Translations under genes and position numbers: made by a program
Notes under the pieces: model-generated
What the model saw: the letters and a program-made list of their open reading frames with translations, nothing else
Told to the model about the DNA's origin: nothing
Database searches by the model: none
Source of the DNA: Eledone cirrhosa
Lineage: Eukaryota
Reading direction: 5' to 3'
Length of the DNA stretch: 64,000 nucleotides
Assembly (NCBI GenBank): GCA_964016885.1
Contig: OZ024742.1
Location: 28,458,001 to 28,522,000, forward strand
Shown here: positions 26,998 through 40,554 of the stretch, piece after piece
Numbering within the stretch: the first letter of the stretch is position 1
How the letters are laid out: every line of letters starts with the position of its first letter

Positions 26998-27052
26998 ATA
27001 GAAAGAAAAATGATGAAAAAAAATTAAAAACTGACAAAAAGTACAAAAAAAG

Positions 27053-27092
<40 letters not shown>

Positions 27093-27239
27093 AACAAAAC
27101 AATACCAGGTAGTGTAGTGAAAATAGCAACATCATCAGCAACAACAACAAAGACAGCAGTAACAAGTACAATAACAGTAACAGCAAGAACAATAACTACA
27201 ACATTAGCAGTTGTAGCAACTAAAAGAATTGAAATAACT

Positions 27240-27273
<34 letters not shown>

Positions 27274-27710
27274 CAGCAACAACAAACAGCACTAGCAACA
27301 ATAACATCACTACTGTTATAAATATTATCACTGTTGCCAGCATCCCCATCACCACTAGCACCATCACCATCACCATCAACACTGGCACCAACAACAACAA
27401 TCGCAGAAGCAGCTCATCAGTCACATTACAGTGCTCCCACCACCAACACCTCCAACCACCACACCACCACCACCCTAGCAGTACCATTGTCAGTAAATAG
27501 CTCCAGTGTAATTACTGGTTATTTATTGTATCAAAGCTTCATCCCTGCTGTTTTAGTTTATTTTCATTGCCACTCACATATATCTCTATATTCTTTACAA
27601 CAGTTCTTATCTACACTGAGAGACTGCCAGTACTCCTCTCTTTCTCTATATCTGGCAACGGAACTCATATATATATATGTATATGTATATGTGTATATAT
27701 ATATATATAT

Positions 27711-29339
27711 TTGTACCAGGAAGAGGCACCACTGATGCCCTCTTCCTTGTGAGGCAATTACAGGAAAAGTACCTAGCTAAAAGTAAGCCACTCTACTTGG
27801 CATTTGTCGACCTTGAGAAAGCCTTTGACAGAGTTCCACGTGCTGTAATCTGGTGGGCTCTTAGAAAACTAGGAGGAGATGAATGGCTTGTGAAAGTGGT
27901 ACAAGCCATGTATAGGGAGCAGTCAGCAAAGTTAGGATTAGCAATGAGTATAGCGAGGAATTTAGCGTACAGGTTGGGGTCCACCAGGGCTCTGTTCTTA
28001 GCCCTCTCCTGTTCATCATAGTCCTGCAGGCAATAACGGAGGAGTTTAAGACCGGATGCCCATGGGAACTCCTGTATGCTGATGACCTCGCACTCATAGC
28101 TGAATCTATGGTAGAACTAGAGAATAAATTCCAAACCTGGAAGCAGGGACTAGAAAGAAAGGGTCTCAAAGTCAACATGACAAAGACTAAGGTCCTTGTA
28201 AGTAGACGAGAAAACAGAACCCAGATCCCCTCAGGGAAATGGCCTTGCTCAGTATGTAGGAAAGGTGTAGGTAGGAACTCCATTCTCTGCCCCAAATGCA
28301 AACAATGGGTACACAAGAGATGTAGCGGGATCTCAGGAAGCTTAATTAAGAATGTAGGATTCACATGCAGCAGCTGTGCTGAAACAGCAAGCAGCAAACA
28401 GCCACAGGAAACAAGTACCACCAATCTCTGGGAGGGCCCTGTAGAAACAGTAGACAGCTTCTGCTACCTAGGTGACCAAATTAGCAATGGAGGTGGGTGT
28501 TCAGAAAGTACAATAACTAGGGTAAGAACGGGATGGAAGAAGTTTAGGGAACTACTACCACTGCCTGCTGCAAAAGGCTTCTCCCTCAGAATGAAAGGCA
28601 GACTGTATGATGCGTGTATCCGAACAGCGATGTTGCATGGTAGTGAGACCTGGGCGCTGAAGGTGGAAGACTTACGTAGATTAGAGAGAAACGAAGCCTG
28701 CATGCTCCGATGGATGTGTAACAGTAATATACATGAACGACAAAGCATAAATGAATTGAGAGAGAGACTGAGCATAAGAGAAATCAAATGATGTGTGCAG
28801 GAGAGGCGGTTGCGCTGGTATGGACATGTGATGCGTATGAAGGATGACAGCTGCATAAAAAGGTGCAGAGCACTAGAAGTTGATGGAAACCGCGGAGTGG
28901 GGAGACCCAAGATGACCTGGGATGAGGTGATAAAAGCCGACCTTACCCAACTACACCTCTCAAAGACAATGACACACGACCGTGACTTCTGGTGTCACGC
29001 AGTAATACAGAGTACCCGACCTCCCATGGGTACATGCTGAAGCATATAAACAATATGCCCCCACACCCCCCACCGCAAGGTGGTCGTGGAGGTGCCACGG
29101 CAAAAAAGCACCCAGCCCACACTGTAAAGTGGACGTGTAGGCGCCACGAAAAAGCACCCAGCACTCACTGTAAATGAGGTTGGTGTTAGGAAGGGCATCC
29201 AGCTGTAGAAATCAAGCCAGATCAGTTCCTGTATGAGCAAGGCATGGTCAGCCGACCAGACACTGCACACAACAGGACAACCCGTCTAACCCATGCTAGC
29301 GTGGAAGAACGGACGTAAAACAGTGATGATGATGATGAT
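27711..29339 (+). mobile_element. 5'-truncated RTE LINE (frameshift and stop)
   Basis: FVPGRGTTDALF..AFVDLEKAFD, YADD; near-identical to 7175-8383; (GAT)n tail. Confidence 0.95.
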
Positions 29340-29435
29340 ATATATATATATAATGTAGAAGGTGAGTAATATTGTAGAACAATTAAACTATGCATATATC
29401 AAGTAATTAGCACTCAACAGTTGGTAGAACTGGAG

Positions 29436-29740
29436 TATATATAATAAAGAAAAAATTAAAAGATGGTTAAAAGAGTTCCATATATTTTATTATGCGCATT
29501 TCGAATACAAAATCATCCTGGGACAAACTTTGTGTTCTCATCAGATAAAATAAGGCAATATGATATGAGGCATAATAGCACTTGTTTACAGGGAAGTGCT
29601 AAGTTTACATACATGTAGACCTTATTTTATCTGATGAGAACACAACTTTTGTCCCAGGATGATTTTGTATTCGTAATGCGCATAATAAAATATTTGGAAC
29701 TCTTTTAACCATATTTTAATTTCTTCTTTATTATATATAT
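29436..29740. repeat. Inverted repeat (~120 bp arms, 64 nt spacer) with a hammerhead in each arm
   Basis: Arms 29436-29555 and 29620-29740. Confidence 0.92.
29483..29552 (-). ncRNA. Intact-looking type-I hammerhead ribozyme
   Basis: TATTTTAT-CTGATGA-GAACACAAA..TTTGTATTC-GAAA-TGCGCA-TA-ATAAAATA: 8 bp stem I, G10.1-C11.1 pair, palindromic stem III. Confidence 0.85.
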
Positions 29741-29783
29741 ATATATATATACTCACATATACACACACACATATATATATATA

Positions 29784-30674
29784 CAGGGTGTGGACGATAT
29801 TTGGTCGCAATTTTAGACTACTAATTTTATTCAAATTTTTTTTACTTCCATTGTCGCTCTTGTCTTCATAAAAACAGTGACTATATTTCCATTATTTATT
29901 TTCAGAATAATTGATTATGAATAATTTTGAACCTCCAAATTTGTGGAAGAGACACAGAGTTCTTCTTGGAATCTGCGCCGGGAGGACAAATAAGGAAATT
30001 TCAGAAACTCCCAGAGCAACAGGTGGCTGAATGTCTCATCCAAAGATGTGCCCAGAGTCATGCAGACAAAGTTTCCAGTGACAACATTGGTCTTAGGTGT
30101 CGTCAGCAGTCAAGGTGACATCATGCCACCTCACTTCTTCCCTGAGGGCCTCAAGCTGAACACCTATGGCTACATCCGCATTCTGAGCGAGGTAGTAAAG
30201 CCCTGGATCGACCAGGTAGCTGCAGGTAGGCCGTACATGTGGCAGCAAGACTCAGCTCCCTGCCATACCAGCCGAAAGACCCAAGCCTCGCTGTCAGAGA
30301 ACTTCATCGACCACACTTCACCTGACATATGGCCTCTCAGCTCGCCTGACTGTAACCCCCTCGACTTCTTTGTGTGGGGCGCAGTGGAACGAGACATCCA
30401 CAGATCTAGCTGCAATACGAAAGACGATCTGAAGGCCAGGATCACAAGTGACTTTAGGCACCTAAGTCGGGGCCAGTGATGAAGGCTTGTAGCCGGTTCC
30501 GAGGCTGCCTTGAGGCCGTCATCAAAGCCAATGGCGGGTTTATCGAGTGAGATGGAAAGAACAAGTGATGAAGACAAACTGACCCAAGTTTGATAAATAT
30601 ATCTTAAAAAATAAAACTACTGTGTTAATTTTTCCTAGACAGTAATCTTGCAAAGAAATATCATCCACACCCTG
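29784..30674 (+). mobile_element. Internally deleted DD37D (maT) transposon
   Basis: TIR CAGGGTGTGGACGATATTT / AAATATCATCCACACCCTG, TA flanks; 37 residues between QQD and the D of NPLD. Confidence 0.9.
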
Positions 30675-30895
30675 TATATATGTGTATATATATATATATA
30701 TCTGGCAATGGAACTCATGTATGTATGTGTATATAGAGATATATGTGTAAGTGTGTGTATGTTTCTGAGTATATTTGTACCTACATATATATACATATGT
30801 AAGTATACATGGTCTGTCAAAAAGGTAAATATTGTGTAGTTGTTGGTGTTCTCTAACTCCTTCACTTCGAAGTAGTTCCCTTTGTACCTCCTCCC

Positions 30896-31054
30896 AGCTG
30901 GGTAAACTTGCCTCCCCACAGCTGGGTGAACCTGCCTCCTCGCAGCTGGGTGAACCTGCCTCCTCACAGCTGAGTGAAACTTGCCTCCCCACAGCCAATT
31001 GAAACTTGCCTCACCACAGCTGGGTGAACCTGCCTCCTCGCAGCTGGGTGAACC
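30896..31054. repeat. 24 bp tandem repeat (~6.5 copies)
   Basis: GCTGGGTGAACCTGCCTCCTCGCA units. Confidence 0.85.
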
Positions 31055-31059
31055 ATCCA

Positions 31060-31370
31060 TTACTCACTCCCTTCAATGTAGTCCCCTTGTGCCTCTTCAT
31101 GGCTGACTGAACCTTTCCCCATTTGAAGTACATCTAGAATGTTTCTTTCAGACTGGCTTTCAACTCCATCTTCAAAGTCCACATGATGGCTTCTTGGATC
31201 TCAAAATGGGAGCCTTTCGGTGAAATCTTCAGTTTTAGGAACAACCAGAAGTCAAAAAGCGTCATACCTGGAGAAAAGGTAATCTACCAAATGAACAAAA
31301 TGTCTCTCTTTGCTAAAATCCTTAGATATGCTGTGATAAATGAGCTGGGCATTGTCATGATACAGCTTGC
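31060..31370 (-). pseudogene. Decayed mariner transposase C-terminus
   Basis: YHDNA..FSPG..FDFWLFLKLK..KGSHFE..QGDYIEG. Confidence 0.7.
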
Positions 31371-31849
31371 AGTTTTGCAAGGCCAGCAGATCTGTAACAC
31401 AAAGACGCTGGAAGAGTTCCTGATAAAACCCTTTGTAACTGTTTGTCCTTTTGGAGTTTATTCGTAAAATACAGATTCTACCATCGTAACTTACACATGT
31501 CTATATCGACCAATGAACAGAGATAGATGATTAAATAAACAATTTTAGCAAAACAGGAGATGATAACGTAATCAACTAGTAGATTCAGGACTACCAATGA
31601 AAACAATAACATGACAATAAAAAAAAAACTTTAGACAAACACACACATATATAGAGAGGAGGGAGGGGAGAGAGAGAGGAGGACGGAGTGGGGAGAGGGA
31701 GATAGATGGATAGATAGACAAACAGACAGATATGCAATCAATCATTATTTCATTTATTGAGAAAACCATGAAGATCACAGCCTCAAATATCCTCATTTTA
31801 GAAAATATAGAAATTCTTAGCTGAACAATAAATACCACCAGCACCACCA

Positions 31850-32170
31850 CTACCACCACCCTGACATCTACATAACCACCACCACCAATACCACCCTGAC
31901 ACCAACATAACCACCACCTCCAATACCACCACCCTGACATCTACAAAACCACCACCACCACCTCCACCATCCTGACATCTACACAACCACCACCTCCAAT
32001 ACCACCACCACCATCACAACCATCCTGACATCTACACAACCACCACCTCCAACACCACCACCACCACCACCATCCTGACATCTACACAACCACCACCTCC
32101 AATACCACCACCACCACCACCACCATCCTGACATCTACACAACCACCTCCAATACCATCCTGACATCTAC
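31850..32170. repeat. (ACC)-rich minisatellite anchored by CCTGACATCTACA
   Basis: About 8 anchors separated by variable ACC tracts. Confidence 0.8.
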
Positions 32171-32699
32171 CACCTCCACCCTAACACTACACCAGCACCT
32201 CCTCCATCACTTCACCCCCTCTCCCACATCAGATAAACAGACACACACAAACTAAACAAATATTTTATTTAAATATTCCCCCACCCCCCAGGGACAATGT
32301 TTGGGGAATAACTTCAAATGAGGCATGGAGTCTTTTATTTCTCATTCTTCCAAGATCCTTTGAGAATCCTTTTTTGTTTACATTTTACTCTCTGTTATGT
32401 GGTGGCGGTGGTGGGGGGTATGGTTGGGGGCGGAAGGTTAGTGGTGGGCGGGGGGGGGGGGGGTATAGTGGTGGTGGTGGTGGTGGTGTTGGTGTTGGTG
32501 GTGGTGTCGGGGTTGGTGGCGTTGGTGGTGGAATTGTTGTTGCTGGTGGTGGTGGTGTTGGTGGTGGGATTGTTGTTGTTGGTGGTGGTGGTGTTGGTGT
32601 GGGGATTGTTGTTGGTGTTGTATTTCTTGCTGTAGTGTTGCTGCTGTTGTTTTTCTTTTGCTGTATGTTATTTTAGTTTAAGATCAGAATCAACAGTGT

Positions 32700-32900
32700 A
32701 GTAATGTTGGTCACCATGCTTCGCGGCATAGAGTTACGGCCCTTTGCGTGCTGAGTTCAAATGCCGCCAAGGTTAGCTTTGCCTTTCATCCTTACAGGGT
32801 CGATAAAATAAAGTACCAGTCATGTACTTGGGTCAATTTAATCAACTTTCCCTTTCCAAGAAATTGTTGGCCTTGTGCCTAAATCAGAAATCATCATTAA
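32700..32900 (+). mobile_element. SINE family 2
   Basis: Matches the 14210-14400 and 61981-62200 copies. Confidence 0.75.
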
Positions 32901-34419
32901 TTGGAAAATAAGGTTTTTATATTTTGATACCATTAACAGTGGTATTTAGCAACTGTGTGTGGCTTGATAATAGTAATAATAGTGATGATGGTGGTGGTAG
33001 TAATTATGGCTTGAGTTGTATTTCTCTCAACTGGTCTGTTCCAGGTGTTCTCTTGTTTGTCCAGTTTTGTTTTCCAGGTGGTGAAAAGTAGCTGGTGCTA
33101 GGAAGAACATCCAGCAACACAAATCTTGCCACACGAAATGTAGAGAAGAGAATTCAGTTATGTCAAAGACATGATTATCTCTGTGGTGCTGGTGCCTTGA
33201 TAAGATATACCGTACACCTTGTAGAATGTGAGGACATATCTAAACAAGCTGAGGATACTGGAAAATCTGAGAGATCAGTGGCTTCCAATTAAGAACTGAT
33301 TTGGTCAGTGATGACCTGTCAAGTCTTGCTAATATTGAAAATATATGTTTGATGCTAATTGGTCTCTTGTCTTGGTCCATTCTGAGGGTGTAGGTGAGTT
33401 ACATGAGTCAGTGGCAGTTTATTTCAAGAATGTCACTATTGCAGTCAGTTCTGCAGTATGACTATTTATTTGACATACTATTGGTCCAGAATTTCAAGCA
33501 GATTCCTCCAATCAGCTATTGTTGAAAGTATTAACATTATTTCAGTCTTCTCTTCTCATTTGTCAACATTCCAAGCCATACATCAGGACAGATTTGACGT
33601 GGCTATTACATAGAATCCACTCTTTATTGTGACCAGTACTTGACTGCTACTTATTATACATCGACCCTGACCAGGATAAAAGGCTAAGTGATAAGAAAAT
33701 ATATTCATAATTGTGAGAAACAGTTGAAAAGCTTCCTAAATCTGCCATGTTTGTCTGTTAGACAACTAATGATCAATGTTGTTCTACTTCATTGTGTCAC
33801 ATCTCCACACTAAACTGATAGCTTACATGACATTATTTACACCATTGCTTTCACATGGCTTCTTTCTTCCTTCCTCTCTTTCTTCCTCTCTCTCTTTATT
33901 TATTTATTTATTTATATTTATTTATTTGTTTATTTTTTACATATTCTTCCTTTCTGTATTCCTTCCTTCTGTCTCTCTGTCTTTCATATTCTCCATCATT
34001 CCTCTCCATCTGTCTTTCCTTCTGTCACAGGTGTAATTTTACTTTTATCAATGACACCTTATATTTGCTTTCTTCTTCTTCACTAATTTAATCCTCATCT
34101 ATCTCCTTCTTGCCTCTTTTATTCATCTAATTCTCCTCCTCCTCCACCTCTTCTTCCTCCTGGTGGTGATGGTGGTGGTGGTGGTGGTGCTGGTAGCAAT
34201 AGTGATAACATTTATAACGGTAGTGCTGCTTGTTGTTTTCTTCCATCATCATCATCATCAACCTCACCACATCATCAACATCATCATCAACAACTGCATC
34301 ATCTCATCATCATCGTAGTCATCGTAGTCATCCTCATATTCCAACATTGTCAGAGTTTTCTGCTCATTTCATCTTAATGCAAAGGAGCTAAATAAGAGGG
34401 TGGATGGGTGGGAAACAGT

Positions 34420-34830
34420 TAAACAGAGATAGAGGGGGGGGAGATAAGAGGGGGAGGAATGAGAGAGAGAGAGATTGAGAGAGGGGGAAGATAAGAGGGG
34501 GATGAATGAGAGAGAGATTGAGAGAGATTGATAGAGAGAGAACGGAGGATAAGAGGGGGGGATAAAAAGAGGGGGGGGATGAGAGAGACAGAGAGAAGGG
34601 AGGATAAGAAAGGGGGAGGAATGAGGGATAGAGAGAGAGGGAGAGAGAGAGAATAGAGGATAGGAAAGAGGAGGGGAGAGGATAAAAAGAGGGGGAGGAA
34701 TGAGAGAGACAGAGAAGGGAGGATAGGAAAGAGGGGGGAAAGAGGGGAGAGGATAAAAAGAGGGGGAAGGAATAAAAGAGATGGTGAGAGAGAGAAAGGA
34801 GGATAAGAAAGAGGGGGACGAATGAGAGAG
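34420..34830. repeat. GA-rich minisatellite
   Basis: GAGGATAA(A/G)AGGGGG..GAATGAGAGAGA units. Confidence 0.8.
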
Positions 34831-35812
34831 AACAATCTTGACATGTGACTTACACTTCATTGATTAGCTAACACAACCAAGTGAAATTCATTTGATGAAG
34901 GTTGACTGATGATGATGATGATAGTGAGGAGGAGGGTGGGGTGATGGAGAGTGTTGAGTTGTGGTAGTGGTAAAGGTTGTGACGATGCTGCTGATGATGA
35001 TGATAGTGATAATGATTATGGTAGTGATGATGTTTGTGATGGTGGTGAGGGTTTTAGATTGTGTTCTTATAATAATGATGCTGCTTACGATCCTGCTGCT
35101 GATGATGATGAGATAATGACAAAAATGATGGTGATGATGATGATAGTAATGATGGTAATGGTAGTGATGATGGCAGTGGTGATGAGGCTTATGGATTCTT
35201 GTTCTCATAATGATGATGATGATGATGATGATGATATGATGGTGGTGATGATAGTTTTACTCAATATTCAGCATCATGTGACCAATTTCCATCAATAAAA
35301 TACATGAGGTGGGGTAGACCAGCAGCTACAGGGGCGCCGGTGGTGATGTCGGCAGAGATATTTTTAGACAATATCTTGTCTAATAGGAACATTTCTTTTA
35401 TAGAGAATTATATGAGTAACTATATGAATGACTATAAAATAATTAGAAAATCTCGACATTTATTAAAAAAGGGCAAGGGCTCTAGGGCCACAGAAGAATG
35501 GGAGGGGGAAGGGGGAAGGTGATGGGCTCTTGGCCTAGGGTGTGGCAGTGTTGGGACTGCAACCTGCAGACAAGACCATAACAGCATTTCCGCAGACAAT
35601 GGCCAATGACACTCGCTGCAACAGCCACCTCACCTCATGGGACTCTTTCCTCCTCAGACAGGTTGCAGACATTCCGATCTTGTGGAGGAGCTCAGCAGTA
35701 TGGGGTTTGATTACACCTGAGGTCTCGGGAGCCTGAAAACAGGTGGAACGAAAGTGAGAATTCTCACATTCACAGCAGAATCAAATGGAAAACAACAAAT
35801 CGCCTTGTGCCT

Positions 35813-36228
35813 ATATCAGGCCAATCCCTGATTAACTTTTTCAAGTTTCACTTGAAGAGGAAAATCAGGGTGGAGAGGCAAGTGCTGTCTTCTAGTAAGT
35901 TTGTTGAAAGGTGGGTGAAAGTGGCGAGTCTGGTCCGGGTGAACGGGCCCGCTCTGAGTATGCACCTGTAGACCGAGGAGTGGGAAAACTGAGAGAGGGC
36001 GCTTGCCCTGGTGGTCAGGGTGGCCGTGGTCTTTTGTGTGGTTTTCGCCACGAGTGATCCTCGGAGGTTTACCCCTTTTTGGGGAATTTTTCTTGTTTGA
36101 ATTTTTTTGATTTCTATCTTGTTATAACCTTTTTACATGGCCAAAACCCACTTTGTATCGTCCTGTACCGTTCTGTACCATGTGTAATGTTTTTCTTCAT
36201 GTTAGCCCTTGTGGCCAATAAAGAAAAC
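35813..36228 (+). mobile_element. 3' end of Tx1/L1-like LINE
   Basis: ISGQSLINFFKFHLKRKIRVERQVLSSSKFVERWV..* followed by a UTR and AATAAA at 36217. Confidence 0.6.
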
Positions 36229-36259
36229 ATTATTATTATTATTATTATCATTATTATTG

Positions 36260-36894
36260 TTCTTTGAGTCTCAGTCATTGATGTTAGTTAACTGGAAAGT
36301 TTGTTGAAATGAATATCAAGCCACTACCTGCAGCCTCAGATATTCAGGATGTATCGGAGGGTTCTTGCTGTTCCCAGCAAGCATGCCTTTTGAAGCGCTC
36401 CAAAAAGCGTGGCGGGGCCAATTTTTTTTTAACCATCCCTGGAAACTTTTTGAGATAGTACCTAGTGCACCTATGACAATCGGGACCACTTTGACTTCAT
36501 GGCAGTCCCAAATCCTTTTTACCTCCCACTTTAAGTCCTGGTATCGATTAATTTTCTCCCTCTCCTTCTCTTGCACTCTCGTGTCGAATGGGCAGGCCAC
36601 ATCCACAATCGGGCACAATCTTTTTTCCTTGTCCAAAACCACCAGGTGAGGTCTATTGTGTTCCAGTTTCTTGTCCGTCTGTATCCTAAAATCCCACAGC
36701 ACCTTCACCTGATCGTTTTCTATAACCGACTCTGGCTTATGCTCATACCACTTCTCAGAATGTGGTAAATTGTTTACTTTGCATAGGTGCCAGTGGATCA
36801 CCCTGCCCATCACATCATGTCTCCAGCCCTTATAGTGAGTCTGGGCTAGGTGTTTACACTCAGATACAATGTGAGCCACAGTCTCCTCTCTCTC
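36260..36894 (-). mobile_element. Dong/R4-clade non-LTR 3' fragment (restriction-like endonuclease)
   Basis: HIVSEC..RHD..LWDFRIQTD..NRP(H)LVV..IVDVACP..EKINRY..VPIVIGALG; (ATT)n on both sides. Confidence 0.88.
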
Positions 36895-38370
36895 ATTATT
36901 ATTATTATTATTTCATCTTATTTTGTTATCTTTTGTGTTTTGGTCCAATTTCTTGTTTTACAGTTTTCTATCATTTCTACTCCAGATAAATCCTTAAATT
37001 CAAAAACACTGACTTGGAAATGACGGAGACACTTGCTATTCCTCTTTTTGTTTGTCTCTTCACAGCTGGTTGACTTTTCATTCTGCTAAGCACTGATCCA
37101 GAAAACAGGAAAGTGATGAGTCATGAAACTTTCGGTTATACCTAGATTCATATATTTATTTACATCACATAGTCTCTCTTGTCAGTTTACATGGATGAAT
37201 GCTCCAGTTGTTTGATCAATGATCAAGCTATATAAACATTGTACTATAGTGTAAGTGGCTGAGTATTCCACAGACACCTTATTGTTAATATTTAGGTAGA
37301 AACACAATATTCTGTTTGTAGCAATGTTTGTCCTTTAACCCTGGTTCTATGATACAGAAATGTTTGTTTTTAAGTATTTATATTTACCTAAAATATTTCC
37401 ATCACAATTTTATATAAGAAATTTTATCATGTGTTCCAAACAGCAGCTTAAAAATGAGTAAGTTAGTTATATTACTAAATGCTTCCAAATTCTTGATTAT
37501 TTTCAAAATTACTTATCTAATGTTACCACTTGAATAAAAGAATGACAATAGTCATCTAAAAAACCATAGCGTAATGAGGTTGTTTGCTTGCAAACGAATC
37601 GAGTAATATGATTATTATTCAATATAAAACTCATGAATACATTTACGTATCTGCTTTGTTATAGCAAAAAAACAAACTTCTAATTTTCTATTTAAAAATT
37701 ATTAGGTGAAAACACAGAAATTCTATTTGTTTTTTAACACTTGGTACAAAATTGCTTGAAACTGCCCCTGGTTCTATGATACAGAACCCTTTGTTTTGAA
37801 ATGTTTATATTTATCTAAAACACTTCCCTCACAATTTTATATAAACAATTTTATCGTGTTCCGAACACCAGCTTAATAAGAAGGAAATTAATAAATATGA
37901 AATATTCTGAGATATGTAATAAATATAAGATAATATTCAGAAAGATGGTACAATGTGGTAGAAATATATAAAAAGTAAAGAATGGCAAATATAACAAAAC
38001 AAAGTCAGTATATTTTAACATGATATTTCAGGGATATTACATTTTTTCAAAGGTAAAAATAAAAATGGTTTAAGTGTCTAGAATATGCATGCATGGAGCC
38101 GTTATAAAGAGAAGTTGTATGTTTTTCCAATAATTTGAATAGCTTTCTTTTATAGAATCAGACACAATTTTAGTCTGTTTGGTATCAAAAGGGTTAAGCA
38201 TCTGAAAGTTGCTATTTTCAAGCAATTGAGGAATTCAAAGAATACAGAATGATGGTAACATACATACTTACTTAGAATGATTACAATTTCAAATGTTGGC
38301 ACTATATAAAGATTGGCTTACCTATAAAATATAAGAAAAACAAAAGAAATATTAATAACAATGCAGAAAA

Positions 38371-38398
38371 TACAATAGATGTATGTAGAAAGCATATG

Positions 38399-38446
<48 letters not shown>

Positions 38447-38469
38447 TACAATAGATGTATGTAGAAAGC

Positions 38470-38548
<79 letters not shown>

Positions 38549-38674
38549 TACAATAGATGTATGTAGAATGCATATATATATATATATATAGATATATATA
38601 TATACACACACACATACAATAGATGTATGTAGAATGCATATATACACACACACATACAATAGATGTATGTAGAA

Positions 38675-38730
<56 letters not shown>

Positions 38731-38810
38731 CATACAATAGATGTATGTAGAATGCATATATATATATATATATATACACACATACAATAGATGTATGTAG
38801 AATACATATA
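38371..38810. repeat. 7 x ~27 bp anchor separated by variable (TA)n(CA)n
   Basis: ATACAATAGATGTATGTAGAA(A/T)GCAT. Confidence 0.85.
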
Positions 38811-38859
38811 TATATATATACAAATGTTTGTGTTTATTACATATAACTATATATATATA

Positions 38860-39152
38860 TCATCATCATCATCGTTTAACGTCTATCTTCCATGGTAGCA
38901 TGGGTTAGATGGGAATGGTCCCACTTGAGGCAAGATTGATCATGTGACCGTGTCTTGCTCGTATAGGACTGTATCTGGCAGGTTTTCTATGGCTGGATGC
39001 CCTTCCTAACACCAACCACATTTACAGTGTGGACTGGGAGCGTTTTTACTGCGTCTCCTACATGACCACTTTACAGTGTGGACTGGGTGCTTTTTTGTCA
39101 TGACACCTACACGACCTCTTTAGTTTGGACTGGATGTTCTGTGGTACCAACA
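38860..39152 (-). mobile_element. RTE 3' UTR-only copy
   Basis: GGATGCCCTTCCTAACACCAACC motif and (CAT)n tail. Confidence 0.75.
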
Positions 39153-39245
39153 TAATATATACATATATATATCTGTGTGTGTGTAAGTAAAAGTGAAAGA
39201 AACACAACTGGTCCAGTTATAGAAGAACGCATTGATCATTTGTTT

Positions 39246-39330
39246 TATTGGGTCGTCAAGTATGAAATTTGTAGAAATATCCAAGTTGAAGATATGCCTC
39301 ACCACAAATTTCATACTTGACGACCCAATA
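39246..39330. mobile_element. Made1-like mariner MITE (27 bp TIR)
   Basis: TATTGGGTCGTCAAGTATGAAATTTGT..ACAAATTTCATACTTGACGACCCAATA. Confidence 0.7.
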
Positions 39331-39528
39331 TTTTGAACCGTTTTCATTTTTACATTTGAGAAGGTGGTTATAGCCCTGAAATGTTGAAGTATACTGGGTA
39401 AATATTACTTTGTTTTGTTTTATTTGACATACTTTATCCTTTAAATATTTCTACCACATTATACCGGCTTTCTGAAATTTATCAGAAAGTTAGTTATATT
39501 AATAAATATTTCAAAATGATAAAAACGA

Positions 39529-39608
<80 letters not shown>

Positions 39609-39629
39609 ATTATATATATATATTATATA

Positions 39630-39673
<44 letters not shown>

Positions 39674-39815
39674 TATATATATTATATATATATATTATAT
39701 ATATATATAATATATAATATATATTATATATATATAATATATAATATATATATATTATATATATATATATATAATATATATATATTATATATATATATAT
39801 ATAATATATAATATA

Positions 39816-39876
<61 letters not shown>

Positions 39877-40076
39877 ATTATATATATATATAATATATAA
39901 TATATATTATATATATATAATATATAATATATATATATTATATATATATATATATAATATATATATATTATATATATATATATATAATATATATATATTA
40001 TATATATATATATATAATATATAATATATATATATTATATATATATTATATATATATATATATAATATATAATATA

Positions 40077-40120
<44 letters not shown>

Positions 40121-40554
40121 ATATATATGCTCATATATATACACATATATATGCACATATATATATACATACACACACATATATAGACATACACATGCAT
40201 ATATGTGTTTGTATATATACTTTTACAAGAAAATACACAAATTTTTATTTTATATACACTTGTATTTGCACACACGTATATTTCTCACTTTATATTGACA
40301 TAAAGCAAAAAGACAGAATTAATTATGGTTTTAGTTTCTCTATATTTAATGTATGTTAGAGATTAAGTGTCAGAATGTATGCTTAATAGTGTTCATCTTC
40401 ATCATCACCACTTTATAACATCCAATTTTCCATGTTAGCATGAGTTATATTCAAAAACATACGAGCACAAACACCGCAACGCTAAAACTAAATGAGGTGC
40501 CGATCAAATGGTGACAGTATAAAATTTGAGAGGAGTCTTAAGTCTGGCCAAGCA

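Noticed and set aside
37040-37140. Possible host exon (polypyrimidine tract + CAG) or GTGATGA..GAAAC hammerhead
   Set aside because: No recognisable peptide, weak donor site; core starts with G and there is no stem I
38371-38810. Repeat-spacer array resembling CRISPR
   Set aside because: The spacers are only TA/CA microsatellite
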